Shown here: positions 23,685-37,182 of the stretch, piece by piece
Position numbering within the stretch: the stretch's first letter is position 1
Layout: each line of letters starts with the position of its first letter
From: Azolla caroliniana
Taxonomy: Eukaryota > Plantae > Polypodiophyta
Length of the DNA stretch: 64,000 bases
Assembly: GCA_043228905.1 (NCBI GenBank)
Contig: JBHGNT010000022.1
Span: 7,316,001 to 7,380,000 of the forward strand
Direction of reading: 5' to 3'
Program-made: the position numbers and the translations under genes
Notes under the pieces: generated by a model
The model's input: the letters and a program-made list of their open reading frames with translations, nothing else
What the model was told of the DNA's origin: nothing
Database searches by the model: none

Positions 23685-25538
23685 ACCCTGGGAATCCAGG
23701 AATGGGAGCCTTGCCTGTTTTGGCTCCGGATGGCGAATACAAGTTCGGTAAGACCTACCGGTTTGATACGGGATTTAGACGTAACTATCGGAGGACACGC
23801 ATTCCACATTTCGGCGGTGGTTCTCTAGCTCAATGCGCAAGGGGCTTACCCGTTGTTGCTGGGTCGGCCATGGCTAAAAACAACGCATATCAAACAAAAC
23901 TGGCGGAAAAACATGATTACCTTCCGGCGTGGAAAGGCTAAAGTAAGGGTACCTACCCACCCTTGATCGAGTACCGGCAAGGAGCTGACACCACTATATG
24001 CGGAAGGTGTAAACATGCTCGAGGGGCTTGCTAATGAAGAGGTCGACCAATACTTAGAAGAAAACCCAAAAATTGTACCCCTATTTGAAATCGATGTGGC
24101 AGAAGCAGTGTCACCATATATAATGCAATCGGATGATGCCAGCGAGGAACCGGATAAGGAAGCTATCAAAGAATTACGGCAAGCACAAGAAGCTCTGGAG
24201 AGGGAGATGGCGGTATCCCAATGCGTGGAAGCATCCTAGTTAGAGGAAGTGAACTTAGGAACCGGAAAGGACGCAAGACCGGTTCATATTGCTAAGAAAA
24301 TGTCACCAGACAACAAGATGGGATGTATTCACCTAGTCCTATGAAGACATGTGGGGGCTGGATCCTCAGTTGTACCAACACCATATACATCTCAATAAGG
24401 ATGCCAAACCGGTAGCACAACAGCGTTACCGGATGAACCCTAACTATGCGGCAAAGGTCAAAGAGGAAATTGACAAGTTGTTACAGGTCGGTTTTATCCG
24501 ACCAGTGAAAAAACCTACATGGTTAAGTCCCATAGTCGTCGTGCCAAAAAAGAAAGGTAAGATCCGGGTGTGTGTCGACTACCAGAAACTCAATGCGGCA
24601 ACAGTGACCGATGCCTTTCCACTTCCATTTACGGATAGAGTGCTAGACGCGGTAGCCAATCATGAAGTGTATAACTTCCTAGATGGTTTCAACGGCTACA
24701 ATCAAATAAGGATGCACCCCAACGACCAAGACAAGACGTCGTTCGTCACCGAATGGGGAGTCTTCATTGCAGTGATAATGATGTTCGGGCTCAAGACCGC
24801 GCCGGCGACCTTCCAACAAATATTCATGGAAGTATTTGGCGAGTTCATCCCAGCATTCATGCAGGTATTCTTGGATGACTTCGTCGTGTATAGCCAAGAA
24901 GGAGAACATCTCCAACACCTCCGGCTATGTCTTCAAAAATGCAGGAGTTATCGGTTAAGCCTGAATCCAGCAAAGTGTGTGTTCGAAGTAACAAGCGGTG
25001 CATTGTTGGGCCATATCGTCAGCAAGGACGGGATCGCAATAGACCCCGATAAGGTCAAAGAAATCTTAGAAGCACTGACACCATCCATGGCCAAATCTTT
25101 GAGTCGGTTTCTAGGGCAAATCTGGTTGCATAGCCGAATGCTCCTGTATTTGGCCGATCTTGCAACACCGTTGCATGCCGCGGTTCACCGAACACCGTTT
25201 CAATGGACAAATACGGAGGATAAGACTTACCGGGCACTGAAAGTACTGTTGTCACAAGCGCCGATGGTGCAACCACCGGACTGGTCAAAAGAGTTCCACG
25301 TGTTCGTCGATGCGTCCAACATAGTAATCGGCAGCGCACTAATGTAACTGACTAAACCGAAATGGTACCGACCGGTTTATTATGCTAGTTGGAAGCTATC
25401 CCAGGAGGAACAAAATTATTCAACAACGGAAAGAGAAGCCTTAGGGATGATTTACAGTGTTACCAAGTTCAGACACTATTTATTGGGAAGGAAATTTTTC
25501 ATTTCATGTCGACCACTCAGCGCTATTATACTTGGTCT
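23685..25538 (+). pseudogene. Protease C-terminus, RT and RNase H of the host Athila-like element
   Basis: LLGRPWL, RVCVDY, FLDGFNGYNQI, VFLDD, VFVDAS; stops and deletions present. Confidence 0.92.
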
Positions 25539-26070
25539 TGTTGAGCGGAAAGCTCAACCGGAGCCGGATCGGCTGAATAAGCCGGAGCCGGTAAGAGAGA
25601 CGGATCGGACGAAACAGATCGGTATGACGGTGAGCAACCGAACCGACAAGCAGTGGAGGCCAGGTGCAACCCGTAACCGGCAGCCCAATCGGAAGCCTAG
25701 TATAGGATAGACTACTAGGAAGCTATAGTCTCGTAGTAAGTGTCAGATGCTCGTGTGAGCATTGAAATACATGGTACTTCTGTCAGTCCCAAGAGGACTT
25801 GTATAAATAGTGCTATTTAGCACAGTGTGTATTTGAGTCTGGAAATAATTTTGAAATTGTGTTCTGCTCTCTCTGTCTCTCTCTCTCTGTCTCTCTCTCT
25901 CTGTCTCTCTCTCTCTGTCTCTGTGTGTTGTTCTCTGTTTTACTGTTTTACGCTTCCGCAAACACTCACGTTCACATGGTATCAGAGCGCGAGGGTTGAG
26001 AACCTCTGCTGCAGACATTTACTCTTGAGAAGAAAACCCTAACAGGTCGAAAACAGACACAGTAGAAGAC

Positions 26071-29000
26071 ATGGATAGAGGCATGGCTACGTCGCTCCCG
26101 GTGGAGAAGCTCGACAGGAGCAACTACGCATCCTGGTCTTACAAGATGCACCAGTGCCTGCTTGGACACGAGTACTGGAGTTATGTCGAAGGAGCGAATG
26201 ATGCAGCGCCCGACTCGGCACACAAGGACTTCCCGGTATGGGAACAGGCGGCAAGCAGGGTGATGTACTGCTTCGCGTCCAGTGTCGGCGATCAGCTGCT
26301 CAACCACATCCGTGACGCCAAGACACCGAAGGATGCTTGGGGGAACCTGAAAAAGGTTTTCGCCGCAAGCACCACTGCCCGGAAGCTGCACCTCAGACAG
26401 GAGTTGAGCAATGTTCGACAGAAGAACATGTCTGTGGCAGACTACACTGGCCGGATAAAGGAGATCTGCGATTCGCTCGCCTCTATCAATGTTACCATAG
26501 AGGAAGACGAGATGGTGCAGGTATGTCTCGGAGGCTTGGCGTCCAAGTTCGGAGCGTTCCGGACTACGGTGTGTACAACGGAGAATACACCCTCACTCTT
26601 CAACTTACAGTCCATGCTGCTTGTAGAGGAGAACCACGCCGGTGCATCTACCAGTGCATCCCCGGACAGCCGAATGTTGTACACGGGAACGGATCGGCTC
26701 CGTGGGCGTGGTGGAAGAGGTGGGTCAGCACGCAATGGAGGCGGCCGGCAAGAGCAGGAACGGAGGCACTATGAACGTGCCGACAGCAGTTCCGGAACTT
26801 CCACAAGCAGGGGGAGTCAAGGCGGTGTTGGAGGCCGGCAAGACAAATCCGCTACGGAATGCTGGTATTGTGGCAAAAAAGGCCACAAGGAAAGCGAGTG
26901 CTGGAGAAAGCGTGCCGATTCGGACAAATCCGGATCCGGCAAGACCGGTATGGATGGCCAGCAAAACTCGCACTACGCAAACGGATCAGGAGGATCCGGA
27001 ACCAGAGAGGCCGGTAAGGGGCCAGCCTTGGTGATGAATCACAAGGCAAACTCAATGAAGAAGACCACTTCCAAAACGGAGGAAGTGTGGTATGTTGATT
27101 CCGGCGCGTCGAACCACATGACGAGCCACAAAGAGTGGTTCTCCTTTCTGGACAAACCGGATCGACCAGGAGTAGTCGAAACCAGAGACGACACTCCTCA
27201 CCCAATCGTGCACGTCGGAGAAGTCCCTCTAAGCCACGTCAGACAGAAAGGGAAGCTGATGAACGTATTACACGTTCCGACAATCACGAAGAACCTGGTG
27301 TCCGTCGGTCATATTGTCGACCAGGGGATGCAGGTGCGGTTTACGCACCTCGGGTGCTTCATTAAGGATGAGGGTGTTCCGACAATCACGAAGAACCTGG
27401 TGTCCGTCGGTCATATTGTCGACCAGGGGATGCAGGTGCGGTTTACGCACCTCGGGTGCTTCATTAAGGATGAGGGCGAAGTCATTGCGCAAGGGCGCAG
27501 AGACGGGAGGATGTTTATCCTCAACAGCAACGACTTTGGCACCGCTCTGTTCGCGAAACGACAGAAGGTCGAGTCGGACATCGACCTGTGGCACAAGCGG
27601 ATAGGCCACGTCAACTACCGGAGGCTTCAAGACCTGCAAACGAAACAAGTCGTTTTTGGTTTGCCGAAGTTCAGCGGCCAGAGAGCCGAAATTTGTGAAG
27701 CCTGCCAACTTGGGAAGCAACACCGGCTTCCATTCCCCACCGAACGGAACCGGAGCCGTAACAAGCTCGATCTCATCCACTCAGATGTGTGGGGACCGGC
27801 ACAAAGTGTAAGCCTTGGCGGGAGCCGATACTTCGTCTCCTTCATCGACGACTATACTCGACATACTTGGATCTACCTCATTGAGCGGAAGAGTGAAGTC
27901 TTCGACTGTTTCCAGAGCCTCCAGAAGATGGTGGAACGGGAATCGGAGAGGAAGATCAAATGCCTTCGGTCGGATGGCGGAAAGGAATATTTTTCCGGCC
28001 AATTCACTAGTTATCTGCAGCAGAAGGGAATTCGGCAAGAGTTTAGCTGCAGATACACACCGGAGCAAAACGGTGTGGCCGAAAGGAAGAACCGGACACT
28101 CGTCGAAGTGGTAAGGGCAATGCTGGAGGAGAAGAGCATGCCCCGGTTCTACTGGGCGGAGGCGGTCCGGACGGCCGTCTACATACCACACCGCATTGGT
28201 GACAAGGTGTCAGCTCATGAGCTGTATTTCGGGCACAAGCCGAACTTAAGACACCTTCGGATATTCGGCAGCATAGCGTATGTGCATGTGCCGGATCAGA
28301 AGCGGAGAAAGCTGGATGCAAAATCGGAAAAATGCATCCTAGTCGGCTATGCTCAAGAGCAAAAGGGGTATAAGTGCTATAACCCCCGGACGAAGGAAGC
28401 CCGAGTTAGCCGGGATGTCGAGTTCGATGAATCGGCATCTTGGTACTCCGTATCAACTCCGACTTCCAATCCCGACCCAATGTCGGAAGATCAGGCCAGT
28501 GAACCTGAATCAGCCCTGGCAGAGGATGATGAAGCCGGGACTCAAGATGAGAGTCTGGAATCGTTACGGTTGAGTGGACCGAACGAGCGACTGAGTCGGT
28601 TGGACCAGTCGAATGAAGAGACGGCAAGTGGTGGAGACTCTGCCGTGCTCTCCCCGCGCAAGGAACCGAGGAAACGGTTCACGCGCAAAGAGAAGGGGAA
28701 GAGGAAGATGCCGGAATTCGAAACCGGCAATGATGAGTCGGATCGGTGTGTATCCGACTCCGGAAAGGAGAAAGGCGGATCTTCGGCAACGAAGACCAAA
28801 CTGGCCAAGAAGGGCCTCAAATCAGGTGACGGTGCGTTGCGCCGATCAACCCGCCAGAAGGATCCCGTCAAACGGTGCGGGTACAATGAATACATGGCGC
28901 ATCATTATGCGTACATGACTAAGGTGACAGAAGTGCGTGAGCCGGAGAGCTACGCAGAAGCGGCAAAGGACGCAAATTGGCGTGCTATTATGGACGAAGA

Positions 29001-30725
29001 AATGCGGGCACTCGATGCCAACGAAACTTGGGACCTAGTTGATCCTCCCCGTCACTGTAAACCGATCGGATGCAAGTGGGTGTACAAGGTCAAGTACAAC
29101 GCCGACGGTTCTGTTAACTGGTACAAAGCCCGGTTAGTGGCGAAGGGATACGCGCAGACCCACGGAATCGACTACGACGAGACCTTTGCTCCTGTGGCGA
29201 AGATGACGACGGTTCGTGTGGTACTGGCGGTTGCTGCGGCAAGGGGGTGGCATCTTCACCAGATGGATGTGAAGAATGCCTTCCTTCAAGTAGAGCTTGA
29301 AGAAGAAGTCTTCATGACTCAACCCCTCGGATTTCAATCGGAGATGAACACGTCGGCGGTATGCCGACTGAAGAAGTCGCTTTACGGCTTGATGCAAGCC
29401 CCCCGAGCTTGGAACGCGAAGATCACGCACCGGTTGCGTAAGCTGGGGTTTGCTGTCTCTAAGTCGGACTCTTCGTTGTTCATCCAGCAAGGCTCTGACG
29501 GTCCGGTATGTATACTCTTGTATGTGGATGATTTAGTCATCACCGGACCGGGTCTTCCCGAAATCAACTGCGTCAAGTCCCAGTTGTCGGACGCATTCGA
29601 AATGAAGGACCTGGGGGACCTTCATTATTTTCTTGGGATCGAAGTGATCCAGACCCCTGACGGCATATTGCTCTCACAACGACATTACGTGTTGAATATG
29701 TTGTATAATTTCGGCATGACTGATTGCCGACCTGTCTCCACACCCCTGGACCGGAACCAGAAGCTTCGTCCCAACTCCGGACCGGCCTGCAATGAGAAAC
29801 GGTTCCGACAGGTTGTCGGAAGCCTGATCTACTTAACCATCACCAGACCCGACATCAGCTATCCGGTCGGCATGGTAAGTCAGTTCATGCAGCAGCCAAC
29901 CGTGGAGCACCTTCAGTGCGCGCAACGAATATTATGGTATGTCAGCGGCACTAAGGACCGGGGACTGCTATACCGACGAGGTCTACCCGAAGAGCTTGTC
30001 GGTTACACAGATGCTGACTGGGCCGGCGATGCGTCTGATCGCCGCTCCACTTCCAGATACATATTCTCCATAGGTAGCACGGCCGTTGCGTGGAGCAGCA
30101 AGAAGCAGCCCACAGTGGCTTTGTCAAGCACTGAGGCTGAGTACCGGCCCGCTACTGTTGCCACTTGTGAAGCCATCTGGCTTCGGCGACTGCTGCGAGA
30201 CTTGCGGATCGAGGTACCGAGCCCGATCCCGATTTACTGCGATAACATGAGCTGCCTGTGTTCCATGCTCGCACAAAGCACATCGAGGTGCACTACCACT
30301 TCGTGCGTGAGCGGGTCCTGAGCGGTGAGGTTGACCTACGATATGTTCATACGGATCGGCAAGTTGCCGACATCTTCACCAAGCCGCTCGGATCGGACAA
30401 GTTGCAGCACTTTACCGACATGCTTGGTATTCAGCATCTCGACATGCCGCACTTGAGGGGGAGAAGCAAGGGCAAAGTCTCTACCGCAACGGGCAAAGGC
30501 CAAAAAATTGTTGAACCCGTCGGTAAGAGGAGAGCCAGAAGAAGAGGAGACAAGAAGATGAAGGAAGCCGAGTCGACGAAGGAAGTCGACACACCCGAAC
30601 AGGTCGGAGCAAGCGGCTGTGAAGAAGAGTTGTGCACTCAGGAAGAGAAGTGCATGTTGTGCGGAGGTCATCACGACAGTGCTAATCATGATGCGGAGTC
30701 GAATGAAGAATTCGATTTCGGTTAA
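26071..30725 (+). pseudogene. Copia gag-pol polyprotein with a 102-bp internal duplication and a frameshifting deletion in RNase H
   Basis: CWYCGKKGHKESEC, YVDSGASNH, WHKRIGH, HSDVWG, LRSDGG, ERKNR, YVDD, LSSTEAEY; frame change near 30255 continues in ORF 30258-30725. Confidence 0.93.
27274..27477 (+). repeat. Perfect in-frame 102-bp tandem duplication in the Copia protease region
   Basis: VPTITKNLVSVGHIVDQGMQVRFTHLGCFIKDEG occurs twice. Confidence 0.95.
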
Positions 30726-31605
30726 CCGGCTGAAGAAGCCGAGGGAAGCATGGAGAAGTCCAAGACTCGGAAGTGGTCCGATGTGGTGAGAGGCGTGAAG
30801 CCGAAAGTCGAATCGGAGTGTACCAATTCGGACAAGAGCTGGAACGAGTCGGATACAGCTGACTCGGATCAACAGATGGATCCGGATGAGTCGGATCGAC
30901 TGAAGGCCAAGGGGACACGGACACAGCGGCAGTCGATGCCATCGTGGGAGAACCGACGGATAGGCAAGCGCCGGAGTCACAGCAATGTGAGTGCTGAGAT
31001 GGGCCTATTGAGCAGACATGCCGACCGAGAGGGTCGAGGCGCGCAGAACCAAAGGGGTCGCAGCAAACGGGACCGGACCGGACGAGGAGCGCGAGCAAGG
31101 CGGAGTGACGCCAGGAGAAGTCGGTTGGAAGAACGGACTGCCACAGAGGTTGACACTACAACCCCACCTCAGGTTGAGCTTGAGGGGGAGTGTTGAGCGG
31201 CAAGCTCAACTGGAGCCGAATCGGCTGAATAAGCCGGAGCCGGTAAGCGAGACGGATCGGACGAAACGGATCGGTATGACGGTGAGCAACCGAACCGGCA
31301 AGCAGTGGAGGCCGGGTGCAACCCGTAACCGGCAGCCCAATCAGAAGCCTAGTATAGGATAGACTACTAGGTAGCTATAGTCTCGTAGTAAGTGTCAGAT
31401 GCTTGTGTGAGCATTGAAGTACATGGTACTTCTGTCAGTCCCAAGAGGACTTGTATAAATAGTGCTACTTAGCAAAGTGTGTATTTGAGTCTGGAAATAA
31501 TTTTGAAATTGTGTTCTGCTCTCTTTGTCTCTCTCTCTCTATCTCTATTTGTTGTTCTCTGTTTTACTGTTTTACGCTTCTGCAAACACTCACGTTCACA
31601 GGTCT

Positions 31606-32678
31606 CAAAGGCATCGCTCACCCGTAAGCTGGCCCGATGGACATTGTTGCTACAAGAGTTTGAGTTAGAAATATATCACCGGCCGGGAATACAGCATGCG
31701 GTTGTCGATTATCTGAGCTGGTTAGACTCTGGTGAGACCGGTGATGGAGTCCCGGATGAGTTTCTGGATGCCGAGTTGTTTAAAGTAACAACAGAATTGG
31801 TAGCAGATAGCACGGTAGTCGACGAAGAAAAGTGGCTAACCAACATGCATCAATTCCTAAGCACGGGACTCCCACCGGAGGAGATGAACCGGGATGAGTT
31901 GAAGCGGTTAGTGGTACAAAGACGACATTTTTGTCTACTACAGGACACCCTGTACCACAAAGGCGCGGATGGCATATGGCGGCGAGCAATGCAAAGCGAT
32001 GAAAAGGAAACAATATTACGAAAAGCGCATTGTGGCATTGCCGGAGGGCACTATGCCGGGGACGCTACGGCAAGAAAGATATGGCACAGCAAGCTATGGT
32101 GTTCGACGACACTGAAGGACTCGGTTCGGTACGCGAAAGACTATGATTTATGTCAACGGATGGGCCAACCAACAGAACATGCAAGGATGCCTCACCAGCC
32201 GGTGCTACCCTTAGAGCCATTTCAAAAATGGGGGCTGGACTTCATTGGGCCGTTTAAACCTCCAGCAACGACGAAGGAAGGCGTTCGTCGATCGACACTG
32301 GAAGGGCAATGAGAAGATGTTTGGGATCGGCAAGCCGATACTCGTGTTCCAGACCTGGATGAGTCAGATGCCGAGAAAGCTACGCTTCCAGTGGACCGAA
32401 CCGTATTGGATAACACGGGAATTCAACGGTTCATACCAGCTTGGAATGCTCGCCGGTGAGATAATGGGCAAATGGGTCAATGGTTTCGACTCAAACCATA
32501 TTGTGGACCTATGCCACAGAATCCATTCGAGCAGACGGAGGCTAATGCAACAGTTGGAAGCAGTAAACAAGTACCCGAAAATCAGGCAAAGCCGGTGTTA
32601 CCGGATAATGACAAACAGGTAGCCGGCAAACGTGAATATGGGGAAAAACCGGGATACGGACCCGGTGCTTCCGATTAA
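31606..32678 (+). pseudogene. RNase H end and integrase of the host Athila-like element, with the catalytic core deleted near 32265
   Basis: KLARWTLLLQEF, HCGIAGGHY, WGLDFIGPFKPPA, then a direct jump to RRKAFVDRH/KLRFQW. Confidence 0.88.
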
Positions 32679-32945
32679 TTAAAAACTCAACTTGTTAATA
32701 AAAAATATAAAAAATAAAAAGTCATCATGCATAGGCGAGGAGCGAACGAAAACTTTGGGCACTTTGAAAAGTTGTGCTGGGTGGCCAATTAAAGCCTCTT
32801 TAAAAATGCACCATGTTGTCGCGTTGTTACGCGCGTGCGTGGAGAAAGGCGGGACCACGGGGGTCTTGGACTAGGGAGTGATGGAGCGTAGGAAGTCGTG
32901 CTTCACTGTTTCCGGGGCATCCCAGAAGCACACCGAAAGCAACCG

Positions 32946-32985
<40 letters not shown>

Positions 32986-34679
32986 TTAACACCGACTCAC
33001 GCACACACACGCACACACAGCCCAACCCGACTCACGCCCTTATGTACAGGAAATGCAGAAAAGGGGAAGCACCCGACACCAACAAAGACGCAAATATACA
33101 CAGACAGACGCAAATGTATATATATAAAAGGAAGAATACATTCCCGGCTTCGAGCCGGACCAAGATAGCTTACAACAGTCGTCTGCTTTCAAGCCGCCGT
33201 CGGGGAGCTCTCGGGCCCGTCGCGCCGAGCGGGGTCTTGCACAGGAGGCCGAGCCGAAGCAAACCCTAAGTAAAACACGAAGGGGAAGAAGAAGAAGAAG
33301 AAGAAGAAGAAACACTAACCCTAAACTAACGGTATACCCTCTAACGCAAAAATGGGCAACCCCTTCACAAAGGGCGTTCCCTTCCTTTTATAGAACAAGG
33401 AAAGGGATGCGTTACAATGTGGGATCAATCCCGACTTACATGGGATCGTATGTCCCGACTTGACTACTCTTCGGCGCCATAAAGGCCCCTCGTTATTCAC
33501 ACTAAATGTACATGGGTGCGTACACACGCTGCACCCCGCCGATGTAGCCAATGTTCCCCGGTTTCCGCCTCTGGCCGAAATTCTTCACGACATCCGCCCC
33601 CACCTAACTGCACGTCCACTGGTACGTGCTAAATCCGGTTGAAGGGTGAGAGATTTCGGCTGGTGAGAAACCGGTCTTCCGTGATCCGCATCACAGCTTG
33701 CTGCCGGTTTGATCCGTCGGCTTCGATTCTTCCTTCGCGCTTGCTTCCCCGTAGGCTCATTCGACCCGTTGATGGGTCCTCTGCCACGATCCCCGTAGTA
33801 TGCGTACTTCCGCTGGCCCTTGTTCGGCCGTATGAACACCCCCGCTCCCGTCGTATGCCTGATGTCCTCCGCTTGAGGCATGCCCGTAGCGGCCCGCTTG
33901 GCCTCCATTGACCATTCGTGATGTCCTGATTGTCGTCCTACGTTGTTTCGTGTTGCCACCGCCCTCTCGCCGCCACCTTCCTTCTCCATGGTCTTACATC
34001 GCCGCGTCGGCTCGAACCGCCATGGTCTCCAGAACGGTGTGGAGGATCCCTTTCCGGCCTTCTCCGCGCAACCTATCTCCGCGCTCGCCTTTCCGCTACG
34101 GCACCTCTGTGTGCCACATACCCTCGTCCATTGTTTGGCACTGCCTGTGTCGCACTCTGATTCATTGCACGCCTTGTCGGCCCCCTTTCCGGCCAAATCG
34201 TGCATCGCCGCTCACCCGCATACCGGTGCCCTTTGCATCCGAGGAACACCCCGTAGTAGCCCGCTTGGCCCTTCCCGTCTTCGTTCTGCTACAACAGATC
34301 CTGAGTCTTCCGCTTGCCGTCGTCCCCTCGCCCCCACCAGCTTGTCACCCCGGGCTTGCCATGTAAGTCTTCGCTACTTCGACGGAGATACCGAGATCTA
34401 CGAAGCGAGTGTCGAGGATCCTCCTCCGGCCTCTCTTGCCATTCCCTAACTCCGACCCTGTGCAGTCCACTAGGCACCCGTCACCTCGTTCCCGGCACCT
34501 CCCTTGTGCCGTCTTCCGATTCCTTTGTTCGGCACCGCCTGCGCCGAACGTCGTCCCGTAGTCACGCTTTCATCCGGCCCGCAATGGCCACTGGCGAGAC
34601 TCTTATTCCGTCCCAGGTGTGCTTTTCCGGCCTGACACACCTCCTCGTGTTTGCCCCTACCACCTCCTTCCGAAATCTC

Positions 34680-35215
34680 GTGTCGTCGGGTCTCGTTCCC
34701 TGCCGCCACCGTCCTTCTCCCTAGGTCTCACGTTGCCACGTTGGCCGAACTGCCGGAGTCTCCGGATCGGTGTGAGGGTCCCATAGGACCGGACTCCGTT
34801 TCTATGCTTGCTGAAATTCAGGTGTCTTTCGTTTGAGTCCCTCCCGGACTCTCCTCGTGTCTTCCGCGTAGTCGGGTCTCGTTTCCCGCCGCCACCACCT
34901 TCTCTCTCGGTCTCATGTTGCCACGTTGGCCGAACTGCCGGAGTCTCTAGTTAAGTGTGGGGATCCCGTAGGACCGGACTTCCTTACGCCCTTTGCCTTC
35001 GTCACCTCGCCGCCACCGTCAGTATCTTGGTCTTACGTCGACCGCGTTGACGACTGCCGAAGTCTCTAGAACCGGTGTCAAGGATCCTCCGTAGACCGCC
35101 CATCCGTAGCCCTTTTCCTTCGTCACCTCGCCGCCACCCTCAGTATCTTGGTCTTACATCGACCGCGTTGCCGACTGCCGAAGTCTCTAGAACCGGTGTG
35201 AAGGATCCTCCGTAG
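34680..35215. repeat. Two pairs of internal direct duplications (~120 bp each)
   Basis: 34680-34797 resembles 34868-34980; 34995-35093 resembles 35115-35213. Confidence 0.8.
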
Positions 35216-36241
35216 GCGTCCGTTTTGTCTTCCTGACCCTGTCCCGGGTCGTCCTTTTCCGTATGCCGAGAGGGCATTTTGTTCCGCACCCTCTCCCGTG
35301 GTACCGACGTACCGTCTCCTCGGCCTCTCCGTAGGCCTGCTCTCTTCCTCCCTCCCGGAATGGTCATCGGGGAGTCCGTTCCGCCCGGTTCTCGTCCGGA
35401 TCCGTTCGTCCTTCTCCGTACTGCCAAGTCATGTTCTCCTGTTGCCACCGATCTCTCCTATAGGACTCACGCCGGCACTCGGGCCGGCAGCCGGATCGGT
35501 GTAAGGAACTCCATAGGACCGGCTTCCATTCTCCTTCCAACTCTCGACCTTCGCCCGGTCGGTCTTTCTCCCCATGGAAAAGAGGGCCGCTCGTCCCGCA
35601 CCCTCTCCCGTATCGGCACCTTTATGCCGAATCCGGCCCCGATCGAACAATCCACGACCGGATCACGCTCCACCCGTATCGGAATGCCGATCTCCTCGTG
35701 CCGCGTCCGTCCTCGGCCTCACAAGCCGTTTCCCATCCATCTTCGCTGGCATCATGCCAGGACTCCTCGGTACTGCCATCCATCTCCTCGGTCTTGCATG
35801 GGCATACGGGCCCGAATGCCGAGTTCTCCGGAATCGGGTCCGTGGGCTTTCGTCCGCTCCTTCCCCGTATCGTCTCACCGGTGATTCTTGGCCTTTCGCC
35901 GCCGCCTTCCTCTGCTTGGGACTCACGTGGGCACTCGGGCCCGACTGCCATCGTCTCGGGAGCAAGTGTGGGAAGACACAAAGAATCTCCCGTCCGTTTT
36001 ACGCCGTTGTCCGTAGCCACCGACTCTTCGTGGTCGGCGGTCGTCTTCTTACCGATCGCGCAAGCCCTGCCTGGGCTTGCTTCTCCGATTTCCGGGGTTT
36101 CGGGCTGACACGCCCGGAACCGCTGGTCCCAACTACCCAGTTCCGCAATCTGTATCTCGGCCTCGCCCTTGGCCGTTCTATCTCCCGTGGTACCGTCGTA
36201 CCGATCTTCCGCCGTCGCGTGGGCGTCTCCTCAGTCTCAGC

Positions 36242-36986
36242 TTACGGCCTTGATCTTTCCTCTTCCTCGAGCATCGCCTCGAGAGCTGCGTACGCCTCCG
36301 CAATCGTGGCCCCAACGCCCACCCTTGCCAACTCTCTTTTCCGTTCGACCTCTCCCCGCTGTGATGGCACGCCGTCGCGCGCCTTCCTCTTAGCCCTTTC
36401 AGCTCGCTCATCATCTAGCCATTGGCACACCCTCCCGACCTTCGACCAGTCCTCCGTAAGCCCATTCGCCCCGTCATCGTCTTCGAGCTCAATCCCAATG
36501 GCCTCCCGTTCCGCTTGGTCGATCGACCTGACGAACAATAGGACCTTGTCCGCCCCCACCAAACCTTGTTCCCGCTCCGAGAGCCGAGCAAGCCGTCGCT
36601 CGAACTCTCGGAACGCCTTGGTCGCGCCCCGATGGGTCTTTGCCGATGCTACCCACTGGTCGAAGTCGTGTCATCCCCGGCTTTTCCACTGTCCTCCGTA
36701 TGCCTTCAGGAGCGCCTCTTCGAAGGCCTCCCACGAACTATGAGCCTCACAGAGCTCCTTTATTTCCGCATGCATCCGGACAGCTACGACCCAACAGAAG
36801 AACTCCAGCCTCAATGACTCTTCTACGCCACGCTCCTCCATTTCCACATTGTAGGCTTCCAAGTAAGACTCTTTCGACCACTCGCTCAACCGCTTGTTGC
36901 GCTGCTTCTCACCTCATCACCACTCGTGCCGACTCCAACACCACTTCGGCCACCATCACCGCGAGGTCGTCGTCTTCCGACTCCAT
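36242..36986 (-). pseudogene. Gag-like ORF of the non-autonomous element (degenerate)
   Basis: YLEAYNVEM...SSWEAFE...KVLLFVRSID aligns by eye with gag 3494-4051. Confidence 0.7.
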
Positions 36987-37134
36987 CCTCCCTTGCCGCC
37001 CTTCACGTCGGGTTCACCAAAGATGTCGTGTCGTTACGCGCGTGCGTGGAGAAAGGCGGGACCATGGAAGTCGTGCTTCACTGTTTCCGGGGCATCCTAG
37101 AAGCACACCGGAAGCAACCGAACGGAAAGAGAGA

Positions 37135-37182
<48 letters not shown>

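Larger units (their letters stand above)
25539..31600 (+). mobile_element. Full-length Ty1/Copia element (second family), 5-bp TSD GGTCT
   Basis: LTRs 25539-25976 and 31191-31600; PBS TGGTATCAGAGC (tRNA-iMet) at 25977-25988; PPT GAGGGGGAG at 31182-31190; GGTCT at 25534-25538 and 31601-31605. Confidence 0.96.
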
